This document shows positions 26,001 to 35,057 of a DNA stretch of 59,995 nt, one piece after another (positions within the stretch are counted from its first letter, which is position 1; the number at the start of each line of letters is the position of its first letter). A program made the translations under genes and the position numbers. The DNA lies in assembly GCA_012842275.1 (NCBI GenBank), contig DUSK01000095.1, positions 1-59,995 of the forward strand, written 5' to 3'. The DNA comes from Syntrophaceticus sp. Its GTDB lineage: Bacteria > Bacillota > DSM-12270 > Thermacetogeniales > Thermacetogeniaceae. Under the pieces are notes generated by a model. It did not search any database and had not been told where the DNA came from. It saw only the letters and a program-made list of their open reading frames with translations.

Positions 26001-26509
26001 ACCAGCTGCTACAGGAAGCAGTGAAAGAACTGAAGGGAGAAAAGGTGCCTGAGAAAAAAGCGGCGGCTCCCCTCTTTGATCTGCGGGTTGACTCCTATCT
26101 GCCTGATGATTACATCAGAGATGGCAGGGAGAAGGTGGAGATTTACCGCCGCCTTGCCTTGGCGGAAAGCCTGGAGGAGGTAGAGGAATTGGCTGCGGAG
26201 GTGCGTGACCGTTTTGGCAGGATGCCTGAACAGGTTGTGTATCTTTTTGACCTGGCTTTGATCAGGGTCAGGGCTGCCCAATTGGGCATCAAAGATGTTC
26301 AACATAACAGAAATACCATGGCAATACGTTTTGACGATGGCTCAGCTTTGCATGGTGAGCAGCTTGCTGCCTGGAGCCGCATCTTCGGAAAACGCCTCAT
26401 CTTTTCTACAGTGGCTGGGCTGGAGATCCGTATAGATACCAGAGGGCTGGCACCAAAGGATCTGGTGAAAAGCCTAAAAAAAGTGTTAACCGGCCAGCAA
26501 CAGCTTTAA
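23018..26509 (+). CDS. mfd: transcription-repair coupling factor
   Basis: 1163 aa. Superfamily 2 helicase motifs (GDVGFGKTEVA, DEEQRFG), an RNAP-interacting domain and a TRG motif region. Confidence 0.95.
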   Translation: MNNILETIPAYQEAFDAVKKRELPLLVSGLSGSAGPVSAVSLFLKGGFKGALLVIVPGQDQVNSWAADLEQLLPEKRVLVFDPAEALPFEVVAASREPAARRLETLASLRACEEQLVVVASIEALLPKLIPPLCWEKAAITLQVDQECDYNELPLLLVQAGYERSETAEAPGQFAVRGDIVDIYPFYGSPVRIEFWGDEIASLKRMDPESQRSGDSLDLVRIWPVREFIYDPEGAKAALERIDQAYKKRRAQLKGNKNALLRLQQKANRLLEMARTGTGGSLNLVQPYFYPEQASLLDYLPEDSLIILDDPGRLPEQIKGRTALLESDYRRLFQEGGSFTPWQEYYFSGEQLLAKIGAFPLVCFTHLLTRVSMIEPKTLVTVTVKEMQPFLGRPDLLAQELKEMLRKKTTILLLTGAESSLKQLERELRDREISFLPADKWQQDLLKGRLQVASGLLRQGFEVPGVLAVITARELYGRGKTKARHRRKSAGRLPDLTPGDYVVHVQQGIGRYLGITKKETDGSIKDYLEIAYAGDARLFVPVDQVDLVQKYVGPEGATPRLSRMGGGDWTRLKQRVKKRVKELAQDLLALYAERERTKGYAFSPDTVWQKEFEEQFPYEETPDQLEAIKQVKADMEKARPMDRLLCGDVGFGKTEVAIRAAFKAVQDGKQVAVLVPTTVLAQQHYLTFKERFARYPVQVDMLSRFRSPAEQRITINNLKKGLVDIVIGTHRLLSKDVVFKDLGLLVVDEEQRFGVAHKEKIKMLKTNVDVLTMTATPIPRTLQMSLGGVRDLSLIETPPEDRLPVQTYVLEYNPEVVREAILKEIQRGGQVFYVHNRVQTIFRTAHYLQGLVPEATFRVAHGQMKEEDLEKVMWEFLNQKFHCLVCTTIIESGLDFPNANTLIVENADWFGLAQLYQLRGRVGRSNRLAYAYFTFNRDKVLTEQAEKRLRALQEFTEFGSGFKLALRDLEIRGAGNILGAEQHGHMAAVGFDLYNQLLQEAVKELKGEKVPEKKAAAPLFDLRVDSYLPDDYIRDGREKVEIYRRLALAESLEEVEELAAEVRDRFGRMPEQVVYLFDLALIRVRAAQLGIKDVQHNRNTMAIRFDDGSALHGEQLAAWSRIFGKRLIFSTVAGLEIRIDTRGLAPKDLVKSLKKVLTGQQQL

Positions 26510-26613
26510 AAAAAGCACCCCAGTTCTTTAACATTTTTAGACAGCAGGAGATTTATAGGGAGTGGCGAAGGTCTTTTCAGTTAATTTTTTAAATTTTTTG
26601 AGGAGGAAAGTTA

Positions 26614-27606
26614 TTGGAAAGAGCAGCAAAGACCAAAAGAATTATTTCATATCTGCCGCAGATACTGCTGTTCATTCTCATCGTTACTGTGGGAGGTATT
26701 TGGGGCTGGCGGGTATACAGCGGGGACTGGGTCGTCCAGGTCAATGGCGTAAAAATATCCAGGGCGGAACTGGACAGGGAAACAGCCTTGGCAGAGAAGT
26801 TTTTTGAGTCCTATTACGGTGTTGATTTCCAGGGTGATGAAGGTGAGGCACTGAAAAAGCAGTTGCGGCAGCAGACCCTATACCAGTTGATCGATTATGC
26901 TTTGTTGCACCAAGCAGCGGTCAGCTGCGGCCTCCGGGTCAGTGAAGAAGAGATCGATCATCAGTTATTGCTGGATCAGATGCAGGCGGGAGGAGCTGAG
27001 AGATTCCAGCAGCTGCTGAAAGAAGAGGGTGTGACCGAAGAGCAGTACAGGGAAACACTGAAGAAACTGATGATGATCGATAAACTGCAGGATTACATAA
27101 CAAAGGATGTGACCGTCGGGGAAAAATTGATCCAGGAGGCTTACCAGGAATATAAGGATATGCTGGTTATACCGGAGCGGGTCAAGGTGGGCCATATTTT
27201 AGTGGAAACTGAGGAAGAGGCCAGGGAGGTTATTGCTCAACTTAAACAGGGAAGCGATTTTGAGAAGCTGGCTGAACAGAAATCTATCGACCCCTCAGCC
27301 AAACAAAATAAGGGAATCTTGGGCTATATCGGAAAGAACGACAGCAGCATCGCTGAGGAGTTTAAAAATGCCGCCTTCTCCCTTTCACCTGGTGAGTTCA
27401 GCCAGGAACCGGTGAAAACCGAATTCGGCTATCATGTCATCTGGTGTTTTGACAAAAAAGCTGCAGGTACTGCCACTTATGAGGAGGTCAAGGACAGCCT
27501 TTCCCAGCAACTGATCGCTCAGAAAAAACAGGAGAGGCTCAGTGAATATCTAGAGAAATTGAGAATGAACTGCCGGCTTTTCTGGCACCCTGATTATGAG
27601 CTTTAA
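26614..27606 (+). CDS. parvulin-type peptidyl-prolyl isomerase with SurA-N-like domain (PrsA-like)
   Basis: TTG start after GAGGAGG. N-terminal TM anchor and a PpiC domain (VGHILV..EEEAREVIAQLKQGSDFEKLAEQKS.D..GYHVI). Confidence 0.8.
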   Translation: MERAAKTKRIISYLPQILLFILIVTVGGIWGWRVYSGDWVVQVNGVKISRAELDRETALAEKFFESYYGVDFQGDEGEALKKQLRQQTLYQLIDYALLHQAAVSCGLRVSEEEIDHQLLLDQMQAGGAERFQQLLKEEGVTEEQYRETLKKLMMIDKLQDYITKDVTVGEKLIQEAYQEYKDMLVIPERVKVGHILVETEEEAREVIAQLKQGSDFEKLAEQKSIDPSAKQNKGILGYIGKNDSSIAEEFKNAAFSLSPGEFSQEPVKTEFGYHVIWCFDKKAAGTATYEEVKDSLSQQLIAQKKQERLSEYLEKLRMNCRLFWHPDYEL

Positions 27607-27754
27607 TATTCCGGTGTGTTTACCTTTTGGCTTTATCACCAGTTCAAGGATGGAAAGGTTAAAAATATCAACTTAAGCATGGAAAAAAATGAATAAATCC
27701 CCCAATTTGGTTATATACTATTCCTGAAGATTCTTATAAAAGGGGGGATAGAAC

Positions 27755-28318
27755 TTGAAGGCTACAGGTATTGTTCGACGCATTGATGATCTAGGTCGTG
27801 TTGTAATTCCAAAGGAAATTCGCCGGACCCTACGAATTCGGGAGGGGGATCCCCTCGAAATCTTTGTAGACCGGGAAGGAGAGGTAATTCTTAAGAAATA
27901 CTCACCCATCAATGAACTGGGTGATTTTGCCAAGGAATATGCTGATTCTCTCCATGAGGCAATTGGTCACATTGCCTGTATTGCCGACCGTGATAACATC
28001 ATTGCGGTAGCAGGTGCACCTAAGAAAGAGTTTTTGAATAAACCGATAGGGCCTGCGGTGGAACAGGTGATGGAGGAAAGGAAACCGGTGCTGATCGCCA
28101 AAGCAGGGGAACACGCTGTTTGCAACATCTGTTTGACCAATGATGAAGAGGAAGAATGCAAATACTCCAGTGAAGTAATCGCTCCCATCATTGCTGAAGG
28201 TGACCCGATCGGCGCGGTAATCCTTTGCTCCAAAGAGCCAAATGTGCGCATGGGAGAATTGGAGATGAAGTTGGCTGAAACTGCGGCAGGCTTCTTGGCC
28301 AAACAGATGGAACAGTAG
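27755..28318 (+). CDS. spoVT: stage V sporulation protein T (AbrB-family regulator with GAF-like domain)
   Basis: MKATGIVRRIDDLGRVVIPKEIRRTLRIREGDPLEIF is the canonical SpoVT/AbrB SpoVT-AbrB fold. TTG start after AGGGGGGA. Confidence 0.95.
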   Translation: MKATGIVRRIDDLGRVVIPKEIRRTLRIREGDPLEIFVDREGEVILKKYSPINELGDFAKEYADSLHEAIGHIACIADRDNIIAVAGAPKKEFLNKPIGPAVEQVMEERKPVLIAKAGEHAVCNICLTNDEEEECKYSSEVIAPIIAEGDPIGAVILCSKEPNVRMGELEMKLAETAAGFLAKQMEQ

Positions 28319-28327
28319 CAATTAATA

Positions 28328-28358
28328 GGTGGCGTCAGCCGCCTTAAATTTTTTTTGG
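28328..28358 (+). terminator. weak terminator after spoVT
   Basis: GGTGGC-GTCA-GCCGCC hairpin, then TTAAATTTTTTTT. Confidence 0.5.
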
Positions 28359-28441
28359 CAAAAATATCTTATTCCGGTATATCATCACTCCTTGTTTCGT
28401 AACATCTAATGATAGCAAGCAGGACAAACAGGGGGCTGAAG

Positions 28442-29974
28442 ATGAAACCGGAATCTTTTTTGCGTGGAGCGGCTGTTTTAACTGTTGCGGGCCTTATTGT
28501 TAAACTGTTGGGCGCTTTTTATCGCATTCCCTTTACCCGTTTGGTAGGCAGTGAGGGCATAGGTCTTTATCAGATGGCCTATCCCATTTATACAACTCTC
28601 TTGGCTGTATCTACAGCGGGGATACCTGTTGCTGTCTCCTTTATGGTGGCAGAAAGGAGAGCTATGGGGGACTACCGGGGAGCCTGGGGGGTATTTTCCC
28701 TTTCTTTTGCTTTTCTGTTTTTTACAGGGGCATTGATGTCTCTTGCTCTCTTATTGATTTCCCCCTATCTGGCCCGGGAGGTCTTGGGTGATAGCAGGGC
28801 CTATTATTCCTTGATAGCTGTTGCTCCTGCGGTTTTTGTGATTTCTGTGACATCGGCCTTCCGCGGCTATTTTCAGGGCTGCCGTTTGATGTGGCCTACA
28901 GCCGTTTCCGAAGTGGTGGAGCAGCTGATTCGGGTGGCAACGGTTTTATGTGCCGCCTGGCTTTTAATCCCCAGGGGTGTTGAGTATGCTGCGGCAGGTG
29001 CTGCTTTTGGAACTTTTACAGGAGGCTGTGCAGGCCTATTGTTTCTCCTTTTGGTGCTCATGTTTGTCAAGCGAAGGGAGGCACAGCCGGTAAGAAAGCC
29101 CCTTCAACTGGGGGAAAAAATAAAAATCTTAAAAAAGCTGGTCCTTTATGCCTTTCCCATCTCAGCCGGTTCTCTGGTTCTTCCCTTGGCACAGGTGATC
29201 GATACCGTGATCATCCCCCAGCGCTTACAGGCGTTAGGGCTGACCATGCAGGAGGCCACCTCTCAGTTTGGCCAGCTGTCAGGGATGGCTGGGACTGTTG
29301 TCTTTCTCCCCGCTGTTTTTACAGTGTCTATCGCTATGTCTCTGGTCCCCCATCTGGCATCTTACCGCAACAATCCCACAGAAATTAGCCGAAGAATCAA
29401 TTCCGCCTTGCGGATCACGATCATCATATGCCTTCCTGCGGCAGCAGGTCTGATCATGCTGGCTGCACCGGTTATGGATCTGCTGTTTGATGACCCCGGA
29501 GCGGGCCCGGTCACAGCCTGGCTGGCCCCTGCAGCACTGTTCACCGGACTGCAGCAGACTACAGCTGGGGTTCTCCAGGGCTTGGGGAACACCTGGCTAC
29601 CTGTTGTTAACCTTTTAGCAGGCTGTTTGCTGAAAGGGATCTGCAATTATTATCTGACTGTGATGCCTGGGCTGGGCATCAAAGGAGCCGCTCTGGGGAG
29701 CTCCCTCAGTTTTTTTGTGGTGTTCCTGCTCAATCTGTTATGCATCATTCGGCTGACCAATTACCGCTTTTCACTGGGCTGCTTGCTCCGGCCCCTCCTG
29801 GCTGTTACAATAATGGTGAACATCATCCCTGCAGCCTATAATTTGCTTGTTCCCTGGGGCAGTTTGGCCGCTGCGGGGATGACAATTATTCTTGGTGCCG
29901 CCGTCTATTTTGCCGTACTTTTAGTGACCGGGGAAATAAGGGTTTTGAAGATGCGCTATTTTTTCAGGAAATAG
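28442..29974 (+). CDS. MOP-superfamily flippase (MurJ/SpoVB/YabM-like polysaccharide biosynthesis protein)
   Basis: About 14 TM segments. N-terminal LRGAAVLTVAGLIVKLLGAFYRIPF..GIGLYQMAYPIY is typical of SpoVB/YabM, and it occupies the syntenic position of yabM after spoVT. ATG 28442 follows AGGGGG. Confidence 0.8.
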   Translation: MKPESFLRGAAVLTVAGLIVKLLGAFYRIPFTRLVGSEGIGLYQMAYPIYTTLLAVSTAGIPVAVSFMVAERRAMGDYRGAWGVFSLSFAFLFFTGALMSLALLLISPYLAREVLGDSRAYYSLIAVAPAVFVISVTSAFRGYFQGCRLMWPTAVSEVVEQLIRVATVLCAAWLLIPRGVEYAAAGAAFGTFTGGCAGLLFLLLVLMFVKRREAQPVRKPLQLGEKIKILKKLVLYAFPISAGSLVLPLAQVIDTVIIPQRLQALGLTMQEATSQFGQLSGMAGTVVFLPAVFTVSIAMSLVPHLASYRNNPTEISRRINSALRITIIICLPAAAGLIMLAAPVMDLLFDDPGAGPVTAWLAPAALFTGLQQTTAGVLQGLGNTWLPVVNLLAGCLLKGICNYYLTVMPGLGIKGAALGSSLSFFVVFLLNLLCIIRLTNYRFSLGCLLRPLLAVTIMVNIIPAAYNLLVPWGSLAAAGMTIILGAAVYFAVLLVTGEIRVLKMRYFFRK

Positions 29975-29993
29975 AAAAGGAGCCAGAAAAGTT

Positions 29994-31514
29994 ATGCCAT
30001 CCAATGCGATTTATGTTTTAGGATTGGGACCAGGCGATATTTTGGACCTGCCAGCCAGGAACCTGAGCTTGCTGCGCAGTTATCCTGTTTATCTGCGGAC
30101 AGAGAGGCATCCTGTTGTGGAATACCTGAAAAGGGAAGGGATCTCCCTTCACCCACTGGATCACTTTTATGAGGAGTATGAGACATTTGAAGAGCTTTAT
30201 CAGGCTATGACCCGTTTTCTCATTGACAGGTGCCGGCAGGAGGGGGTTGTGGTTTTTGCAGTTCCCGGCAGCCCTCTGGTAGGGGAAACAGTTGTCCGCC
30301 TGTTGCGGGAAAGTGCGCCCCAGAAAAATATAAAACTGGAAATATTTCCAGCCCCTTCTTTTTTAGAATCCCTTTATCCCCTGCTGGGGATCGATCCTGC
30401 TGAGGGCCTGCTCATCGCTGACAGTTTTTCCTTTTGCGGTGGTTTTGATCAGGGATTGCTGCCTGGGACCGGCTTGATCATTATGCAACTCTACAGCCCC
30501 GCCCTGGCATCAGAGGTTAAATTAACCCTGATGGAGAGCTACCCTGATGACCACCAGGTTGTGTTGGTGCGGGCTGCGGGTGTGCGGGGGAGTGAAAAGG
30601 TGCTGACCATCCCTCTCTATGAACTGGACCGGCAGGAAACAGATCACCTGACAAGTCTTTATGTACCGCCCTTGACAGGGGGAGCTGTCCCAGAGGGTTT
30701 GACTGAGGGTGAGGTCCAAAAGGAGCCTGGACAATTCGCTCAATACCCGCTGGATCCTCTGGTGGAGGTGATGGACAGCCTCCTCGGCCCTGAAGGCTGT
30801 CCCTGGGACCGGAAGCAGACACATCAGAGCTTGAAAAAATACCTGATTGAGGAAAGCTATGAGGTGCTTGATGCCATAGATGAAGGGAATATGCATAAAC
30901 TTTGTGAAGAATTGGGAGACTTATTATTACAAATAATCTTTCATGCAGCACTGGCAGAGCGTTCCGGAAAGTTTACCATATCTGATGTGATCGCGGGGAT
31001 CACTGAAAAAATGATCCGCAGACACCCCCATGTTTTTGGTGATACAAGGGTTAATAGCGCTGCTGAGGTATTAAAGAACTGGGAGTCCATTAAACAGGAG
31101 GAAGGGGAGCCAAAATCCATGTTGGCAGGGGTTCCCCGCTATCTGCCGGCATTACAAAGGGCCCAAAAGGTGCAGGGAAAGGCGGCTTTAGTAGGGTTTG
31201 ACTGGCCGGAAGCAGAGGGTGCAGCATTGAAAGTGGAGGAGGAGTGGAAGGAAGTCAAAGAGGCATGGGAGAAAGGGGATAAACAAGCCCTACAGGGGGA
31301 ATTGGGAGATTTCCTGTTTGCTGCAGTAAACACATGCCGGTTGCTGGGTATCGATGCAGAAGAAACTCTGCGCCAAGCGGTGGATAAATTTTCCCAGAGG
31401 TTCTGCGCTATGGAAAAGAAGGCGGCAGAGCGGGGATTGCGCTTGAAAGACCTGTCACTGGCGGAACTTGATGGGATCTGGGATGAAGTTAAAGCAAGTG
31501 AAGAGAAAATTTAA
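29994..31514 (+). CDS. mazG: YabN-type fusion: tetrapyrrole-methylase-like domain plus MazG NTP pyrophosphohydrolase
   Basis: N-terminal IYVLGLGPGD, and C-terminal MazG repeats (CPWDRKQTHQSLKKYLIEESYEVLDAI, EELGDLLLQI, GELGDFLF). Confidence 0.9.
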   Translation: MPSNAIYVLGLGPGDILDLPARNLSLLRSYPVYLRTERHPVVEYLKREGISLHPLDHFYEEYETFEELYQAMTRFLIDRCRQEGVVVFAVPGSPLVGETVVRLLRESAPQKNIKLEIFPAPSFLESLYPLLGIDPAEGLLIADSFSFCGGFDQGLLPGTGLIIMQLYSPALASEVKLTLMESYPDDHQVVLVRAAGVRGSEKVLTIPLYELDRQETDHLTSLYVPPLTGGAVPEGLTEGEVQKEPGQFAQYPLDPLVEVMDSLLGPEGCPWDRKQTHQSLKKYLIEESYEVLDAIDEGNMHKLCEELGDLLLQIIFHAALAERSGKFTISDVIAGITEKMIRRHPHVFGDTRVNSAAEVLKNWESIKQEEGEPKSMLAGVPRYLPALQRAQKVQGKAALVGFDWPEAEGAALKVEEEWKEVKEAWEKGDKQALQGELGDFLFAAVNTCRLLGIDAEETLRQAVDKFSQRFCAMEKKAAERGLRLKDLSLAELDGIWDEVKASEEKI

Positions 31515-31610
31515 TATTTTTTTTGTAAAATGATCAAGAATAAGCAGGAGTTTCAAGGGTTTCGGCGAATTAGGTAGCCGAACCAGAAATTTCTTTTAGG
31601 AGGGATCTAC

Positions 31611-31883
31611 TTGAACAAAGCAGAACTGATTGGCAGTGTCGCGGAAAAAGCGGGAATGCCCAAAAAGGATGCAGAAAAAGCTGTAAATGCTGTGTTTGCT
31701 TCTATTGAGGAAGCGCTGGCTAAAGGTGACAAGGTGCAGTTGGTAGGCTTTGGTACATTTGAAGTCAGGGAAAGGGCAGCCCGTACAGGTCGCAACCCTC
31801 AGACCGGTGAAGAGATCCAGATCGCTGCCTCACGGGTGCCGGCTTTCCGAGCTGGTAAAGCTCTAAAAGAATCCGTTAGTTAA
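31611..31883 (+). CDS. hup: DNA-binding protein HU
   Basis: [49 protein letters not shown] is canonical HU. TTG start after AGGAGGG. Confidence 0.95.
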   Translation: MNKAELIGSVAEKAGMPKKDAEKAVNAVFASIEEALAKGDKVQLVGFGTFEVRERAARTGRNPQTGEEIQIAASRVPAFRAGKALKESVS

Positions 31884-31929
31884 ATACCCTTCCTCTGTTT
31901 CAAGCAGAAGAAAGGATAACGCATTAAAC

Positions 31930-31975
31930 GCCTGTGGAGCAGTTTCTGCTATGATACAGGCTTGACGTTTTTCTT
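31930..31975 (+). terminator. probable hup terminator
   Basis: GCCTGT..ACAGGC hairpin with an inner GCAG/CTGC stem, followed by a T-rich stretch TTGACGTTTTTCTTT. Confidence 0.45.
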
Positions 31976-32139
31976 TCCGGCTTCTGACATCCATTCCCGC
32001 CAGTTTTGCCTTATTGCTTTATGCCTTTATGCTTTATTTTATTATAGTCAGACCTCCATTTCCGCCAAGCTTGTTTTAGATCAGTAAGCCACCCTTTTAG
32101 TTTTTTATTTTCCGGCATCTGACCCCCATTTTTATTGCC
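31975..32139. repeat. three degenerate direct repeats spaced 66-69 bp
   Basis: TTCCGGCTTCTGACATCCATTCCCGCC (31975-), GTCAGACCTCCATTTCCGCC (32047-) and TTCCGGCATCTGACCCCCATTTTTATTGCC (32110-). Confidence 0.6.
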
Positions 32140-32173
32140 CCGCTCTTTTAAAAGTAGGATCAAGATATGGAAC

Positions 32174-32202
32174 TGATACTATGTACGCAATCATGGTATA
32201 AT
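32174..32202 (+). promoter_or_regulatory. extended -10 sigma-A promoter candidate
   Basis: TGgTATAAT (TG 32194-32195, TATAAT 32197-32202) with a weak -35 TGATAC at 17-nt spacing. It would give a ~205-nt leader for yabO. Confidence 0.5.
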
Positions 32203-32413
32203 TTACTGTGGTCAAAAAGAGATAAAAACCTGCTGTTTTAAGTTTATCGATTGAAACCCAATTAAAATCTTAACAGGTTATTTAAACACTGGGGGAGAGG
32301 TCTGTAACCACCTGATTGCCCTATCTAAAGAGCTATTGCCATTTTTATGGCAAAAGCAACTCGGGCTTGGGTTGAGCTAAGTTTAAAGGGACAAAAATGA
32401 AAGGGGTAACAGT

Positions 32414-32683
32414 GTGCGACTGGATAAATATTTACAGGTGAGCCGTTTGATAAAAAGGCGGACCAGCGCTAAAGAAGCCTGTTTGGCGGGACGGGTCCAG
32501 ATCAATGGCAAAATCGCCAAAGCCGGGAGTGAAGTAAAGGAGGGTGATGAAATTACACTGACCTGGGGAAAAAGGCTGATCAAGGTTAAGGTGGCACAGG
32601 TGCCCCTGCGCAATGTTCCCGCAGCTCAGGCGAAAACCCTTTATCAGCTTTTGGAGGAAAGAACCATCGGAACAGAGGAGTAA
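32414..32683 (+). CDS. yabO: S4-domain RNA-binding protein (YabO/Hsp15-like)
   Basis: MRLDKYLQVSRLIKRRTSAKEACLAGRVQINGK is an S4 domain. GTG start after AAAGGGG. Confidence 0.85.
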   Translation: MRLDKYLQVSRLIKRRTSAKEACLAGRVQINGKIAKAGSEVKEGDEITLTWGKRLIKVKVAQVPLRNVPAAQAKTLYQLLEERTIGTEE

Positions 32684-32756
32684 AGTTATCTACGCATACA
32701 ATAATTCCCCCCTGTTCATACTAGGACCACAATAGAAGAGCAGGGGGAATATTATT

Positions 32757-33698
32757 ATGAAAAGGCGGTTTTTCTATTTTTTACTTATAGCGCTGCTGAT
32801 AACTCTGTTGATTCCCGCTGGGTGCAGGGAACCTGAAAAAAAACCGATTGATGAGTTTCGCTATCAGGAACCGGAAATAACCCTCTATGACCATAATACA
32901 GGAGAGAAAAAGAGGATTAAGATGGAGGAATATATTGCTGGGGTAGTGGCAGCTGAGATGGAGCCATCCTGGCCTGTAGAGGCTCTGGCTGCTCAATCTA
33001 TCCTGGCACGCACCTTTACCCTACACAAGATTAAATATGAAAAAGGTGTTCCTCAGCGTGGAGCAGATGCTTCTACCAGTACAGAGGAGTTCCAGGCTTA
33101 TGACCCCAGCCGCATTACCCCACGTGTTCGAGAAGCGGTAAAGAGAACCAGGGGTGAAGTGATCAAGCACAAGGGCAGATATATCAGGGCTTGGTTTCAT
33201 TCCAATGCAGGAGGAAAAACAGCAACTGCAGAAGAAGGGTTGGCCTTCAAAAAAGAAGCGACTCCCTATATTCAGAGTGTAACCGATCCGGGGCAGAAGG
33301 TGGCTGAGCCCGATGATAAAGAGTGGGAGGCTGTGTTTTCATTGGATGAGGTGCGCTCTGCAGTGATCAAACAGGCCGGCAAAGACCCTGGCCAGATTAG
33401 CAGTGCATCCATTGTTAAAAAAGGGCCCTCAGGACGGGCGATGACCATACGCTTGGGCAATGTGGAGATCAGCGGCCCTGCACTGCGGATGGGCTTAGGG
33501 CCTGAACGCATGCGCTCCACTCTCCTCGATCAGCTGGTTGTAGAGGGAGGCACATTGAAGATGGCTGGTCGCGGTTTTGGTCACGGAGTGGGAATGAGTC
33601 AATGGGGAGCCTATTATATGGCTAAAGAGGGCAAAAGCCATACCGATATCATCCACTATTATTTCAAGGATGTGGAAATTGAGAAGATATGGGAATAA
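32757..33698 (+). CDS. spoIID: stage II sporulation protein D (SpoIID/LytB domain)
   Basis: EEYIAGVVAAEM..EALAAQSILARTF, FHSNAGGKTA and GHGVGMSQWGA motifs, with an N-terminal anchor. Confidence 0.9.
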   Translation: MKRRFFYFLLIALLITLLIPAGCREPEKKPIDEFRYQEPEITLYDHNTGEKKRIKMEEYIAGVVAAEMEPSWPVEALAAQSILARTFTLHKIKYEKGVPQRGADASTSTEEFQAYDPSRITPRVREAVKRTRGEVIKHKGRYIRAWFHSNAGGKTATAEEGLAFKKEATPYIQSVTDPGQKVAEPDDKEWEAVFSLDEVRSAVIKQAGKDPGQISSASIVKKGPSGRAMTIRLGNVEISGPALRMGLGPERMRSTLLDQLVVEGGTLKMAGRGFGHGVGMSQWGAYYMAKEGKSHTDIIHYYFKDVEIEKIWE

Positions 33699-33797
33699 TT
33701 TTTAACCATTAACCACCAACAACTAAATAAGCAGGTATTTGACCTCCTTGTGCAGAAAAGAAAGTCGAATATTTAGGTAAATAGGGAGAGGAGTATT

Positions 33798-34751
33798 TTG
33801 AATTACGGGGATTGGGAAGAGACCAGGGAATGGAAAGCGATCAATGTCCTGCAGCCTGGGCCGGGAACCGGGAGAGTGAAGAGATCCCGCCCCCGGCGTC
33901 CTATTGGCTGTGGGTGTATTGTTTTTATACTGCTTTTCTTGCTGGCTGCAGCGGTGATCACCGCAGGGCTATGGGGGCTGCTCAGGAATGTTCTGACCCC
34001 TGCTGAGGATAACAGGGAAGCGGTAGCTGTCTTGGTGATGGGGATTGATCGGGAGAAGGAGAATGAGCCCGGCAGGTCCGACACGATGATAGTGGCTTTT
34101 CTTAATTCCAGGGACAAAAAAGTCAATTTGCTGTCAATACCCAGGGACACTTATACTGAGGTGCCGGCTCGCGGTGGTAAAGATAAAATCAATTCCGCTT
34201 ATGCTGCAGGGGGGCCGGAGGCAGCCATGGAGGCGGTCAGCCTGTTATTGAACCGGGAGATCAAATACTATCTGGCAACTGACCTGCAGGGTTTTGTAAA
34301 GATTGTTGATACACTGGGTGGTGTTACTGTTGAGGTTGATGAAGCAGCCAGTAAAGGATTAGGGATCCCTCCGGGAACTCACCGTTTACAGGGGGAACAG
34401 GCCCTGCGCTTTGTTCGCTACCGGGGGTATCCTATGGCTGATATTGAGCGGATCAACCACCAGCAGATCTTTTTGCGGGCTCTGGTAGATGAGGCTTTGC
34501 AGTTGCGCCATATAGGGAAAACACCTGCATTGATCAGGGAAAGCCAGAGCGCTGTGGACACCAATTTAAGCACTGTTCAACTGATGGATTTTGCCATGGC
34601 TTTCAAAGGGATGGGCAGTTCTCAGATGGAGTGTAAAACCCTACCTGGCACCCCCAAGTATATAAATGGGATCAGCTATTGGATCCCTTATACCGATCAG
34701 ATTGAGCCATTGGTAGAGGAACTTTCCCGGGTAAACGGCTCTGAAAGCTGA
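33798..34751 (+). CDS. LytR-CpsA-Psr (LCP) family protein
   Basis: TM anchor, then VLVMGIDRE..GRSDTMIVAFLN..NLLSIPRDTY..INSAYA. TTG start after GGAGAGGAG. Confidence 0.85.
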   Translation: MNYGDWEETREWKAINVLQPGPGTGRVKRSRPRRPIGCGCIVFILLFLLAAAVITAGLWGLLRNVLTPAEDNREAVAVLVMGIDREKENEPGRSDTMIVAFLNSRDKKVNLLSIPRDTYTEVPARGGKDKINSAYAAGGPEAAMEAVSLLLNREIKYYLATDLQGFVKIVDTLGGVTVEVDEAASKGLGIPPGTHRLQGEQALRFVRYRGYPMADIERINHQQIFLRALVDEALQLRHIGKTPALIRESQSAVDTNLSTVQLMDFAMAFKGMGSSQMECKTLPGTPKYINGISYWIPYTDQIEPLVEELSRVNGSES

Positions 34752-34771
34752 AGAAAGCCCGGGATAGCGGT

Positions 34772-34800
34772 TTGCATATACACAGTTGCAGGTATAAAAT
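34772..34800 (+). promoter_or_regulatory. sigma-A promoter candidate upstream of scfA
   Basis: TTGCAT (34772-34777), 17 nt, TAAAAT (34795-34800). Confidence 0.4.
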
Positions 34801-34907
34801 ATTAATTCAGGAAATAATGTTCCTTTCCATGGGATGTTTGGATACCGGGTTGTGTTATATTTTATCGGGAAGTCATATTATCTAATAACTTTGGGAGGTT
34901 GGAGAAA

Positions 34908-35057
34908 ATGAAGGGAAAACATATTAAAACTGTGGTGAAAGGGACTTTGAGAAAACCTCACTTAAAGAAGGGTTGTGGGGAATGCCAGGTTTCCTGTCAG
35001 TCTGCCTGTAAAACATCCTGCACTGTGGGGAATCAAGCTTGCAGCCTCAACAAATAA
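34908..35057 (+). CDS. scfA: SCIFF six-cysteine peptide (radical SAM-modified RiPP-like precursor)
   Basis: Hand translation MKGKHIKTVVKGTLRKPHLKKGCGECQVSCQSACKTSCTVGNQACSLNK (49 aa). The GCGECQ.SCQSACKTSCTVGNQ.C core matches the SCIFF family as I remember it. GGGAGG RBS. Absent from the ORF track. Confidence 0.9.
   Translation: MKGKHIKTVVKGTLRKPHLKKGCGECQVSCQSACKTSCTVGNQACSLNK

Noticed and set aside
31975-32139. Possible CRISPR array, given repeats spaced about 67 bp
   Set aside because: There are only three copies, the repeats are degenerate (about 70% identity) rather than near-identical, no cas genes are present, and there is no leader-like organisation.
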